Below, piece by piece: positions 25,803 to 36,600 of a stretch of DNA of 39,956 nt (position 1 is its first letter; each line of letters opens with the position of its first letter). Under the pieces are notes generated by a model that had not been told where the DNA came from, searched no databases, and saw nothing but the letters and a program-made list of their open reading frames with translations. The translations under genes and the position numbers were made by a program. The stretch is from Leucobacter sp. (lineage in GTDB: Bacteria; Actinomycetota; Actinomycetes; Actinomycetales; Microbacteriaceae): positions 1-39,956 of the forward strand of contig JBFXIT010000002.1 in NCBI GenBank assembly GCA_050175655.1, read 5' to 3'.

Positions 25803-28800
25803 ATGGCCGACGTCTATGGAATGGCCGATGTCGATTTCGATTTCGGCGCTGCCGAGACCCTCGCCCAGGTGGCGAGCGACTCCGCGACGTCGGTCAGGGG
25901 CCTGGAGCGGGAGCGCGCGGCGCGTGCCGTGACGGCGCAGGCGGACTTCCGCGGCTACTTCGCTCTGCTCTTCGCCGACAACGTTGCGACCGGCTCCACC
26001 GACGCCGCGAATCTCGCCACCTGCCTCGACCGCATTGCGAGTTACACGCGGGAGCTCATCACCGCTGCCGAAGAGGAGAACGTTCGCAGGCAGCAGGCCC
26101 GCGAGTGGGCCGAGCGGCAACGGCAGCGCGAAGAGAACCTGCTCGTCGACATCTACTACAACCTCGCCTTCTGGGAGTCGAAGGATCCGCCGCCCACGAC
26201 TCGCAGCGATCCTCCCAGCTATTCGGCCGGCGACGTCAACCTGGCGAGGCATGACCTGCCCGCTCGCGGCGGCGGCAGCGGCGGCGGGGTGTCCTCCGCG
26301 AACCCCTCGCACTTGCGCGCGTTCAGCCTGCCGCCGAGCTTCTACGGCAGTTTCGAGAGCGACGGCCCGGCGAGGCTGCGGCGGGCCTGGAACGACTTCG
26401 TCTCGGGGTGCAAGTGGGGCACGCTCGACGCGAGCGGCACTGTCGACGCCCTCGATCAGTGGGTCGAGGCGAACAAGGACGAGCGCAGCTGGGTGAACGC
26501 GGTCGCCGCGGCCTTCGAGGCCGCCGGCACTTCGGGCGGCACGGCGTCGCTCTCCGATGCATCGCTGCTCGAGGCGCTCGCGCAGGCCGGGCTCGATCCG
26601 GTGCGCGGCACGCTCGCGCTCGATCCGCCCGAGCTCTACGGCATCAACCCGACCACCGGCTACAGCAACGACCCGGTGAACACCGTGACGGGCAACTTCA
26701 TTGAGCCCGAGACCGATCTCGGTTTCGGCGGGGCGGCCGCTGCGCTGAGCCTGACCCGCATGTACAACTCGCAGAGCACCGCGCGCGGCCTGTTCGGCCT
26801 GGGGTGGACGAGCTCGCTCGAGACGCGGCTGCGGCTCGACGGCGCTCCGTGCCTCGTGCTGCCCGACGGCCGTGAGGTGCGCTTCGCGCGGTTGCCCGGC
26901 GAGGAGGCGGCGGCCGAGCCGGTGCGGGCCGAATCGGAGAACTTCTGGCTTGCCCGGGCGCACGGCTCGGGGCCCTGGCTGCCGGCCGAGACCGAGCTGC
27001 TGGTGAGCGACAACCGGGGCACGCGCTGGGCCTTCACGGCCGCGGGCGTGTGGGTCGCTGTGAGCTCCGGCGCGGGCACCACGGTCACCGCTCGTCGCGA
27101 TGCGGCGGGCCGTGTCGCGGAGCTGGTGCACGCGCGCGGCCGCAGCATCGAGATTCGCTACGACGGCGATCTGGTCGCGACGGCGCAGGGTTCGGACGGG
27201 CGCCGGGTCGACTACTCGTACGACGCCGGGGGGCGGCTCTGCGAGGCGCGCGACGCGGTCGGGGCGCGCGTGTACCGCTGGAACGACGACGATCTCATCG
27301 TCGCGGTGACCAGCGCGGCGGGTGTGGTCGAGGCCGAGAACGTCTATGACGCCGAGGGCCGCGTGGTGCGGCAGATCACCGAGTTCGGCCGCGAGGTGCG
27401 CTTTGCCTACCTGCCGGGTCGCGTGACCGCGGTCTCCGACCTCGACGGTACGAACAGCAACACCTGGATCGCGGATCGCCGTGGGCGCTTGATCGGCGTG
27501 ATCGACGGCGACGACAACCGTGTGTCGATGGCCTACGACCGGTACGGCAACCGCACGAAGGTGGTGGATCGCGACGGCTCGGTGACCGAGCAGGTCTACG
27601 ATGAGCGCGGTCGTCTGACGCAGACCAGGCTGCCGGACGGCGGCGAGGTCACCACGGCCTACGACGAGTTCGACCGCGTGGTGACGGTGGTCGCGAGCAG
27701 CGGCGGCGTGGTCGAGTACGGCTACGCGAGCGAAGAGGATCGCAATCCGTCGGTCATTCGGGACGCCGCGGGCGGCGAGACCGCGCTGACCTGGCGGAAC
27801 GGCCTGTTGACCGAGGTGGTCGACCCGGTCGGGGTGCGTCTGCGGATGGCCTACGATGAGCACGGCGAGCTGGTCTCTACCACCAACGGCGCCGGCGATG
27901 TGGCGCGGCTGGAGCGCGACGGGATGGGCCGCGTATCGGTGGCGAGTTCGCCTTCGGGGCATCGCACCGAGTTCGGCTATGACGAGGCCACCGGGCTGCT
28001 CGCCGAGCGTGTCGATGCCGACGGCGCCCGGTGGCGTTTCGAGCACACGGCGGCGGGCAGACTCGCTGCGGTGACCGATCCTCTCGGCGGTCGCACCGTG
28101 CTCGAATACGGCCTGCACGGCGAGCTGGTGAAGACGGTGGACCCGCTGGGCCGGGAGGTGTCGCGCGAGTTCGACCTGATGGGCAATGTGTCGAAGCTGC
28201 ATCTGCCCGATGGCGCGTCTTGGATCTACGAGCACGACGCGCTCTCCCGAGTGCGCGGCGTTACCGACCCCGGGGGCAGTCGCTGGTCTGCCGACTACGA
28301 CGAGCTGGGCAGGCTCAGCGAGCGAGTCTCGCCCGCGGGCGTTGCCGAGTCGTTCGAGTATTCCCGGGCGAAGAACCGTGCCACCGCGGCCGTCGCCGGG
28401 AGCGAGTTCGGCCTGCAGCTCGATGAGTTCGGGCGTCCCCGTTCGTCGCAGTCCTTCGACGGCGGCGAGAGCGTGGTCAGCTATGACGCGGCGGGCAGAA
28501 TCGTCGAGGTGGTCGACGCCGAGGGAGGCCTGACGACCATCGGCTATGACCTCGCGGGTCGCATCGTGCAGGTGCGCAGCGCAGCCGGGCGGGTGACGGG
28601 CTACGAGTACGACGCATGCGGCCGGCTCGCGCGCTCGATCGACCCGGCCGGCGCCGTGACGCAGTACGAGTACGACGCCGACTCGCTGGTCTCCGCGGTG
28701 GTATCGCCCTCCGGGGAGACGACTCGCTTCGCATACGATCCGATGGGCCGACTGGTGCGCCGCGAGGCTCCCGGTGAGGGTGTTGCGCGCATCTCCTACG

Positions 28801-31316
28801 ATGCGCTGGGTCGCGTGGTCTTCAGCCAGGATGCCCGGTGGGGGCAGCGGCGCTTCGGTTACGATGCCGCCGGGCAGTTGACCAGCGCCACGAACGGCAT
28901 GGGCGGGGTGACTCGCTTCGCATACGATCTGCGCGGCCGCCTGGTGAGCGTGACCGATCCGCTGGGCGGGGTGACGCGGCGCGAGTACGACGATCTCGAT
29001 CGGGTGGTCTCGGTCACCGATCCTCTCGGCCGGGCGACGACGGCGAGCTACGATGCAGACGGCAGGCAGCTCACCCGGACCGACCCCGATGGACACGTCA
29101 CCGAGTGGCGTTACGACGAGTACGGCCGGCATGCTGCCACCCTTCTGGACGGCGTCGAGGTCGCTGCGATCCACCGGGATCTTTCGCAGCGCGTGGTCAC
29201 GGTGCGCGAGCCCGGGGGCGGTGCGCATACGCTGCGCTACGACGCCCTCGGCCGCCTCGTCGAACGCGTTCGCGGCGGGCAGGCGATGCGCTGGGAGTAC
29301 GATGCCGACGGCGCGCGCAGCGCGATGGTGGGGCCGGACGGCGCGCGGATCGAGTACGAGCGCGATGCGGTGGGCCGCTTGCTAGCGGTGCGGCATCCGG
29401 TGCTGGGCGAGGCGCGATACGAGTACGATGCGTTCGGGCGTATGGTGCTGGCGCGCGCCGGTGACGGTGCGGAGTACGCCGAGCAGCGCTGGGAGTACGC
29501 GGACGGCGCGCCGGTGCGGCACACGCTGATCGACCCGAGTGGGGTCAGCGAGACGCGCATCTCGCGCGATGCCGACGGCCGGGTGCGCCGCATTGAAAGC
29601 GGCGATCGCTGGGTCGAGTACGCCTACGACGACGCCTGTCAGCTGGTGTCGGCGCGCGACGAGCGGGGCCGCGAGACGCGGTGGAGCTACGACGAGGCCG
29701 GTCGTCTCGTCGAGGAGCAGCAGGGGGACGAGGCCCGCGGCTTCAGCTACGATGCCGCGGGTCAGCTGCTCGCGGTGAACGCGACTGAAGGATCCGCTCG
29801 GTTCTCATATGACGGATGCGGCAGGCGTCTCGTCGAACGATACGAGGATCGTACGGTCGGCTATGCGTGGAGTCCGTCGGGCTGGCTGACATCGGTGGCG
29901 ACCAGCACACCTGGGGGCGAGCAGGTGCTCGAGGTGCGTGTCGACGCGCTGGGCGAGCTCGCCGAGGTGGACGGCACGCAGCTCTGGTGGGACACGGCCT
30001 CGCCGGTTCCCGCGACCGTGGCGATCGGACCCTCGGCGACGCTTGCCGTTCCCGGGTTCACCGGGGTCGGCGGGGTCGGCTGGGCGGCTGCCGGATGGCG
30101 TGCTGCGCGCAGCACGAGCCCGACGGATCCGTGGTCTGCGAGCGCCGACGCAGTACAGGTGGTGGGTGCGGTGCAGGTGACCGCGTCGGGCGGTGTGGTG
30201 CTCGCCGGGCTCGAATGGCTCGACGCCCGCGTCTACGATCCTGCCGTGCGGGGCTTCCTGACGACCGACCCGTTGCCCGCGGTTGTCGGCGCCGGGTGGG
30301 CGGGCAACCCGTACTCGTATGCGGGCAACGATCCGCTGCACGCGGTCGATCCGTATGGCCTGCGGCCGATGACGGACGCGGAGTTGCATGCGTACGCTGA
30401 TTCGCGTGTCGGCGCGTTTGCGCAGACGGGTGCGGCGATCGGGCACTGGTGGAGCGAGAACTGGGAGTATGTCGCCGCCGGGGCGATGATCGTCGCCGGT
30501 GTCGCGCTGATGTTCACGGGCGTCGGTGGGCCCGTGGGTATCGCGTTGATGGCAGGCAGCGGTGCGCTGCTCGCGGCCGGTGCATCGACGGCGGTGCAGA
30601 AGTTCCAGAAGGGCGAGGTCGACTGGGGTGAGGTAGGCGTGAACGCCCTCATCGGTGGCGCGACGGGCGCGGCGACCGCGGGGGCGACGGTGCTGCTCTC
30701 GAGCGCTACTGGTCCAGCGGCTACGCAGGCGATCAGCGCTGGTGCGAGCCGTGTGGGTTCTGCGGTGACGAGCGGAGTATCGCAGGTGTCTGCCGGCGCG
30801 GGGCAATTGCTCAGTGCGGCCGGTAGTAAAATCGCGACTGCGGCAGGAAGCCAGTTCGGGCGCACTGTGATCTCCAATGGTGTGGTCGGCGGATTCGGAA
30901 ACGTAGGTTTCTATGCGGTGAATCCGAATACTGATTTCACGCTTCAAGGAGCAGCTTCTGCGTTCGGTGGCGGGTTCGTGTCTGGTGCGGCGGTGGGATC
31001 GGCCAGTTCGGCTACCCAGGGGATTTCTTCTGCGTGGCTTCGGGTTGGCTCTCAGCTCTCGATTGCTGGCGGTGGCAATGTGGCGGGTAGTGCATTGCAG
31101 ACCTCGCTTCAGGGCGGAACCTATAATGTGGCGCAAGGATTCTGGGATTTCACGGTCGGAGCGGGGGCGTCGTATCTCCCGACGGCTGATCAGATCAGTG
31201 CCGGAAAACCGACCTCGGTAGATCACTGGGGTGTCGCGGGTGCTGGGCAGATGGTCGATTGGGGTGTGGGCGACAGCGGCACTTTGGTCATGCAGCACTT
31301 CGGGTTGGTCGAATGA
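25803..31316 (+). CDS. Rhs/YD-repeat polymorphic toxin with WXG100-like N-terminus and DUF6531-type cork
   Basis: ATG 25803 after GGGAG. Helical N-terminus with DFRGYFA; DPVNTVTGNF at 26670; dozens of YDxxGRL repeats; core end ARVYDP...FLTTDP...NPYSYAGNDPLHAVDPYGL; ~317-aa hydrophobic Gly/Ala-rich C-terminal domain. Confidence 0.92.
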   Translation: MADVYGMADVDFDFGAAETLAQVASDSATSVRGLERERAARAVTAQADFRGYFALLFADNVATGSTDAANLATCLDRIASYTRELITAAEEENVRRQQAREWAERQRQREENLLVDIYYNLAFWESKDPPPTTRSDPPSYSAGDVNLARHDLPARGGGSGGGVSSANPSHLRAFSLPPSFYGSFESDGPARLRRAWNDFVSGCKWGTLDASGTVDALDQWVEANKDERSWVNAVAAAFEAAGTSGGTASLSDASLLEALAQAGLDPVRGTLALDPPELYGINPTTGYSNDPVNTVTGNFIEPETDLGFGGAAAALSLTRMYNSQSTARGLFGLGWTSSLETRLRLDGAPCLVLPDGREVRFARLPGEEAAAEPVRAESENFWLARAHGSGPWLPAETELLVSDNRGTRWAFTAAGVWVAVSSGAGTTVTARRDAAGRVAELVHARGRSIEIRYDGDLVATAQGSDGRRVDYSYDAGGRLCEARDAVGARVYRWNDDDLIVAVTSAAGVVEAENVYDAEGRVVRQITEFGREVRFAYLPGRVTAVSDLDGTNSNTWIADRRGRLIGVIDGDDNRVSMAYDRYGNRTKVVDRDGSVTEQVYDERGRLTQTRLPDGGEVTTAYDEFDRVVTVVASSGGVVEYGYASEEDRNPSVIRDAAGGETALTWRNGLLTEVVDPVGVRLRMAYDEHGELVSTTNGAGDVARLERDGMGRVSVASSPSGHRTEFGYDEATGLLAERVDADGARWRFEHTAAGRLAAVTDPLGGRTVLEYGLHGELVKTVDPLGREVSREFDLMGNVSKLHLPDGASWIYEHDALSRVRGVTDPGGSRWSADYDELGRLSERVSPAGVAESFEYSRAKNRATAAVAGSEFGLQLDEFGRPRSSQSFDGGESVVSYDAAGRIVEVVDAEGGLTTIGYDLAGRIVQVRSAAGRVTGYEYDACGRLARSIDPAGAVTQYEYDADSLVSAVVSPSGETTRFAYDPMGRLVRREAPGEGVARISYDALGRVVFSQDARWGQRRFGYDAAGQLTSATNGMGGVTRFAYDLRGRLVSVTDPLGGVTRREYDDLDRVVSVTDPLGRATTASYDADGRQLTRTDPDGHVTEWRYDEYGRHAATLLDGVEVAAIHRDLSQRVVTVREPGGGAHTLRYDALGRLVERVRGGQAMRWEYDADGARSAMVGPDGARIEYERDAVGRLLAVRHPVLGEARYEYDAFGRMVLARAGDGAEYAEQRWEYADGAPVRHTLIDPSGVSETRISRDADGRVRRIESGDRWVEYAYDDACQLVSARDERGRETRWSYDEAGRLVEEQQGDEARGFSYDAAGQLLAVNATEGSARFSYDGCGRRLVERYEDRTVGYAWSPSGWLTSVATSTPGGEQVLEVRVDALGELAEVDGTQLWWDTASPVPATVAIGPSATLAVPGFTGVGGVGWAAAGWRAARSTSPTDPWSASADAVQVVGAVQVTASGGVVLAGLEWLDARVYDPAVRGFLTTDPLPAVVGAGWAGNPYSYAGNDPLHAVDPYGLRPMTDAELHAYADSRVGAFAQTGAAIGHWWSENWEYVAAGAMIVAGVALMFTGVGGPVGIALMAGSGALLAAGASTAVQKFQKGEVDWGEVGVNALIGGATGAATAGATVLLSSATGPAATQAISAGASRVGSAVTSGVSQVSAGAGQLLSAAGSKIATAAGSQFGRTVISNGVVGGFGNVGFYAVNPNTDFTLQGAASAFGGGFVSGAAVGSASSATQGISSAWLRVGSQLSIAGGGNVAGSALQTSLQGGTYNVAQGFWDFTVGAGASYLPTADQISAGKPTSVDHWGVAGAGQMVDWGVGDSGTLVMQHFGLVE

Positions 31317-31774
31317 GTGGCTCATCAGAAACCCCTGACGGCGGCGAGAACGCTCCTGAATCGGTATCGAAGTGGAAAGCGCTGATCGATGCCGATGATC
31401 CGAGATTGGCGCGTTTTCGCAAGTTGAGCCGTCGCCTGGCCATCATCGCTTTCTCGATCGTGATTCTGTTAGCGGTATGGGTATTCGTCTCGGTGCCGTG
31501 GGACACAACGATTGAATTTCGTGAAAGAAACTCAGGAGCTCCTTTCAGGGTTCCGACTGTCTTCATGCTCGCATTACCACTGGTGATGACGCCCATGATG
31601 GTGGCCGGTTTGCGCGAGAAACCAAAGTCTTTGCCGTACTGGGAATATCGTCTTGGGCTGTCAATCATCTCGATCGGTCTTGTTGCGATTGTGTTCTTTC
31701 AGTGTGTTGGCGCCTATGGGTATCTTGATGCTGCGGATCAGCTGCGCTTTCTTCCTTCGGGCTTGTTTCAGTAG
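31313..31774 (+). CDS. Putative membrane immunity protein for the Rhs toxin (3 TM)
   Basis: ATG overlaps the Rhs stop (ATGA); 153 aa with three hydrophobic segments; more AT-rich codon usage shared with the toxin tip. Confidence 0.65.
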   Translation: MSGSSETPDGGENAPESVSKWKALIDADDPRLARFRKLSRRLAIIAFSIVILLAVWVFVSVPWDTTIEFRERNSGAPFRVPTVFMLALPLVMTPMMVAGLREKPKSLPYWEYRLGLSIISIGLVAIVFFQCVGAYGYLDAADQLRFLPSGLFQ

Positions 31775-31872
31775 GGTCCCGAGCGGGAGCGGGAGAATCT
31801 TGAGTCGGCATCGAGGAAAGGACGCGCCTCGCTGGACGACGTAGGTAACTGTGCAGGAATGAGGATCCGATC

Positions 31873-32303
31873 ATGAGTGTCGCCGACCACGCCAACCGGG
31901 TGACATAGAAATATGTCGACCAGTTCCCCGCTGAGGGGGAGCGTAAGGTACTCGAAGCGTCGGAGGAGGTAGTTCTCGCTGTATTCGCGACCGCAGGATT
32001 CATACTCTTGATTCCCGCTCTCGATCAAGTCGGGGTTAAGACAGTGCGCTGTGCTCTCTCTGCTGCTGAGCCCGGCAAGAGTTCTGGTGGTCCCAGCGCA
32101 ACGCTTCCGGTCGTGATTCTGTACACGACCGATTGCGGAGACCTGGGGTGGCAAGAGGGCGTCACGTTCGACAATCGTTCCGAGACGGCCGCGTCTTTCT
32201 CGCCGGGAACGTACGAGTTGAGATCGGCTGGTTCTCAAGAGTCATCATGCCGCTCCTGCCCGACGGCCTCCCCACCGTGCACAGCTACGACCTGTCGGAA
32301 TAG
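31873..32303 (+). pseudogene. Decayed orphan membrane/immunity-like gene
   Basis: ATG 31873 after GAGGA; in-frame TAG at 31906-31908; frame continues through a hydrophobic stretch and ...TTDCGDLGW...PGTYE; two apparent single-base deletions restore EIGWFSRVIMPLLPDGL and TVHSYDLSE* (TAG 32301-32303). Confidence 0.5.
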
Positions 32304-32535
32304 GAGTCGAGCGTGCTCACTACGGTCCGGGGAGTGGCTCAGAGACCGGATCAAGGCGCGTTTCGGGTGAATTCTCGCAAAAACATCGGATGAATAGTAC
32401 TTTCGGCACCTCAGCGGCCCTGCGCGCGTGTTGGGAATGTCTATGATGGAAGTGTGATTCTGTTCAGCGACGTAGCCATGCGAAGCGCTCCGATATTCTT
32501 CGGTGCCCCGCACGGCCCCGACCCTGCACAGATGC

Positions 32536-33645
32536 ATGGCTAGCCCCGCGCCGCCCCCTCCGCCGCAGATCACCGGTTTCGGTTACGTCCGACCGCTGGG
32601 GTCCGGCGGATTCGCGCATGTCTACCAGTACGAGCAGGACATGCCCCGCCGTGTCGTCGCGGTGAAGGTGCTTGAGACGCCGCTGAGCGGCCCTCGCGAC
32701 CGCAGCGACTTCGAATCCGAGGCCGACACGATGGCCCGTCTCTCGAGCCATCCCTCGATCGTCTCCATCTACTCGGCGGGTGTCGCGGCCGACGGGCGAC
32801 CGTACATTGCCATGGAGTACTGCCCCGATTCGATGCGCACCCGCACGCGCAACAACCCGGCCCCGCTGCAGGTGGTGCTCGACGCGGGCGTACGCCTCGC
32901 GGGCGCGCTCGAGACCGCGCACCGTTCGGGCGTGCTGCACCGCGACATCAAGCCGTCGAACGTGCTCGTGTCGACGACCGGTCGCCCCACGCTCACCGAC
33001 TTCGGCATCTCGTCGCTCCAGGGCCTCAGCCCGTCGGGCGATAAGGCGCAGGCCATGTCGATTCCGTGGGCCGCGCCCGAGGTCGTCTCGGGGGCCACGA
33101 GCGGCACGGTCGCCAGCGAGATCTGGGCGCTCGGCGCCACCATCTACACCTTCGCCGCGGGCCGTTCGCCGTTCGAGCACGCGGATCGCCAGCAGAACAC
33201 GCAGTCGAAGATGATCGATCGCATCTCCCGCGCGCGCTACACCCCGGTGCCCGGGGCGCAGGGCTACGGCCCCTTCGACCAGGCGATGGCCCGTTCGATG
33301 GCGCTGCGGGCCGACCAGCGCTTCGCGTCGATGCGGGAGTTCGGCGAGACGCTGCAGCAGCTGCAGCGCAGCTACGGCTTCGATGTCACCCCGTTCGACC
33401 TGGTCGAGGCCGGATGGGTCGCCCCCGCGCCCGATGCGCAGGCGTCGCGCGGGCCCGTCGTCACCAGCGTTCGCTCGAGCACCCGCGCCCAGCAGCGGGC
33501 GGAGCTGGCGGTGGATCGCGACGGCCTCGTCGTCGAGGAGCCCCGCGGGGCCTCGCCGTTGCGTGCGGCCCTGATCGGTGCGGGCATCGCCGTGGTGGTG
33601 ATCGGAGGCCTCGCGGCAGCCGCATTCGGGTTGGGGTGGATATGA
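32536..33645 (+). CDS. Hanks-type Ser/Thr protein kinase with C-terminal TM anchor
   Basis: GSGGFAHVY, VAVK, HRDIKPSN, TDFG, WAAPE motifs; ends in a hydrophobic helix (AALIGAGIAVVVIGGLAAAAFGLGWI). Confidence 0.93.
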   Translation: MASPAPPPPPQITGFGYVRPLGSGGFAHVYQYEQDMPRRVVAVKVLETPLSGPRDRSDFESEADTMARLSSHPSIVSIYSAGVAADGRPYIAMEYCPDSMRTRTRNNPAPLQVVLDAGVRLAGALETAHRSGVLHRDIKPSNVLVSTTGRPTLTDFGISSLQGLSPSGDKAQAMSIPWAAPEVVSGATSGTVASEIWALGATIYTFAAGRSPFEHADRQQNTQSKMIDRISRARYTPVPGAQGYGPFDQAMARSMALRADQRFASMREFGETLQQLQRSYGFDVTPFDLVEAGWVAPAPDAQASRGPVVTSVRSSTRAQQRAELAVDRDGLVVEEPRGASPLRAALIGAGIAVVVIGGLAAAAFGLGWI

Positions 33646-36600
33646 ACGCCGCGAAACGCGCGACGCGCAGGTCGCCAGCAGCGGCATCCCGGCCGGGAAG
33701 GCGCTGGGCGAAGTGGGTCGCAGGCGGCGCGGTCGCCGCGCTGGTGGTGACGGTCGCCGTGGTCGTGAGCGGCTTCGACTCACGGGAGACGCCGCGAGAG
33801 GATCCCTCGGTGTGGGTCGTCAGGACCGCGGGGCAGTACGCCCGGGTCAACACGGAGACGGCCGAGATCGACACGGTCCGCCAGATCGAGGGCCCGAGCG
33901 GGGTCGTGCAGTCGGGCAGCTTCGGGTTGTTGCTGAGCCAGGGAGACGGCCGGGCCTGGACGATCGACCAGGCCGCACCGCAGGACATCCGCGATGGCGG
34001 CGGCGCTGCGGCCGATGGCGCCGAGGCTGATGGCGCCGAGATTGATGGCGCCGAGGTCGAAGATGCTGAGGCAGACGGCGCCGAGGCGGCCGCTGCCGAG
34101 GATCCGAGCGCCGACGCTGTGGAAGAGGCGGCGACGGCTGATGACGATACGACGGGCCCGTCGGCGATCCGCACCCCCGGGGGCACCCGCCAGGTGATCG
34201 CGGCGGGCGACGCGGTGCTCTTCTTCACGGAGGCCGGGGAGACCCACCTCGCGGGGATCGACCATCGCGCCGGGGCGTCGACGCTCGGCGCACCCGTGCT
34301 GCTCGATCCCTTCGCAGAGGAGAACGCCGAGGTCGAGAACGCCGAGGATCGCAAGGAGTACCGCGCCGACGCTGCTGCGATCGACTCGAGCGGCCTGGTC
34401 GCGCTCTACTCTAGCTCCGAGCGTTCGGTGCGCTGGTACGACATCGGCGCCGGCGAGTTCAAGCGGGCCACGAGCGACGTGCCGGAGGGTGCTCCCGGCG
34501 AGGGCGCGCAGCTCGCCATCGTCGGCGGCCGCTGGGTGCTGCTCGACACCGAGACCGGCACACTCTGGCGCGACGGCAGGAGTGCCGTCGAGATCGATCT
34601 CGTGGGCACCGCGCTGCTGCAGGGCTCCGGTGCCGATGCCGAAGCCGTGCTGGTCGCCGACGAGGCCGGCCTGTGGTCGGTCGACGGCAGTGCCGAGCGA
34701 GTCGCCGATGCGGAGGGCGTCCCGGCACGGCCCGAGCAGGTCGGCGACGACGTCGTCGCCGCTTGGATCGGATCGACCTCGGCCGCGATGTGGACCGCAT
34801 CCGGCGGTGAGACCGTTCTCGATCTCGACGGGGCGGTCGAAGACACCGCCGATCCTTCCCCTGTGATCCGCACGAGCGGGGGCCGTGGCCTCGTCACCGA
34901 CATGCGCTCGGGCATGATGTGGACGGTGCCCGACGGGCGCCTCATCCCGGTGGAGCAGTGGACGCTGATCGACCCGCCGAAGCAGGAGACGGGTACGGTC
35001 ATCACACAAGACGTCACCGAGCAGGAGCCCCCCGTCGCCGTCGACGACTCCTTCGGTGTTCGGGCGGGCGAACCGGCCCTGCTGCCGGTGCTGCTGAACG
35101 ACTACGATCCCAACCGATCAGACGTGCTGACCGTGGTTCTCGAGGGGCTTGGCGAAGGGCTCTCGGCCGACTTCGGCACCGTCGAGGCGCTCTCCGACGG
35201 CCAGGGACTCATGGTGCAGCCGGGCGCCGCCGCCACCGGCGCGACCAGTTTCAGCTACCGCATCACCGATGGTGTGAACGTTTCGCCCCCGGCGACCGTC
35301 ACGCTCACCGTCGTGCCCGAATCGGTGAACACGGCACCGCAGTGGTGCCCCGTCGACGGCTGCCAGCGCAGTTGGCCGAGCCCGGAGCTGGCTCCCGGCG
35401 GCACGCTGGTGCTGCCGATCCTCGAGGGCTGGGTCGATCCCGAGGGCGACCCGATGATGCTGGCCGAGGCGACCCCGGTGAATGCGGAGGATCCGGTTCG
35501 TGCGCTCGTCACCGCCGACGGCCGCCTCGCCGTGCGCCACACCGACTCGAATGCTTCCGACGGCGACATCGGCGTGCGCGTGCGCATCGTCGATTCGCGG
35601 GGAGAGGCGACCGAGCGCGAACTGCGGATCCGGGTGCGCCCCGGCGCCGCTGCGGAGTTCGCGCCTATCGCCACGACCGTGAAGATCGGCGAGCCCGTCG
35701 TGCTGCGCCCGCTGGAGCGGGTGTCTGGAGGCTCGGGATCCTATGCGCTCGTCGACGCGGTCGTGCAGAGCGGCAACGCGAGTGCGACGGTGAACCAGGG
35801 TGCCGGAACGATCGAGTTCGCCGCAGACACCGCCGGCGGCTCGCTCGTCACGGTGACCGTGCGCGACACGATCACCGAGCTCGAGATCTCCGGAGTGGTG
35901 CGCGTGACCGCGGTGGAGAAGAGGGCCGCGCTCGCGGTGCCGCCGCTGCGCGCCTTCCTGCGCCCGCTCAGCGACACCACCATCGAGGTGCTCGATGCGA
36001 TTCCGGGCGCGAACAGCCGCTCCCTCGTCGTGCAGTCGGCCGCCGCCGTCGACGGCGAGCTGCGGGTCGACGTGATCGAGCACGCCCGTCTGCGGCTCTC
36101 CGGCAGCACGGCCGACGGGCAGCCCGGCCGGATCGGTTCGGCCGACGTGGTGATCGCAGAGGGCGAGCTCACCGCGACCGGTCGTGTCACGGTGTTCCAG
36201 GTGCCCGAGACGAGCGTCGGCGGTGCGATCGCCGTCGCCGACTCGGTGACGGTGCGCGCCGGCTCCATCGTCGACATCCCGGTGCTCGACAACGACGTCG
36301 CCCCTCCCGGCGAGCGCCTGGTGCTGCACCCCGAGGTCGGCGCGCCTGGAGCCGAGGGCGAACTCGCCTTCGCCTCGGGCAGCCGCGTGCGTTATCTGGC
36401 CCCTGATGAGCCGGGCAGCTACGTGCTGAGTTACACCACCTACGGGGTGTCGAGCCCCGAGAACAGCGATGTGGGCCAGGTGCGGGTCACGGTGCTGCCC
36501 ACCGGCACGAACCGTGACCCTCAACCCCCGAACGTCACCGTGCGCCTCGCGCCCGGAGAGAGCGTCACCTCGTCGATTCCCGTCTCGCGGGCGGATCCCG

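Noticed and set aside
27000-29850. Regularly spaced nucleotide repeats (tacgacgc...ggcc) as a CRISPR or tandem array
   Set aside because: They are the degenerate coding YD repeats of the Rhs core; no identical repeats with unique spacers and no cas genes.
33066-33641. N-terminal 192-aa extension of the 2182-aa ORF
   Set aside because: It overlaps the kinase gene and is Arg/Gly-rich shadow sequence; ATG 33642 is coupled to the kinase stop and precedes a proper signal/TM segment.
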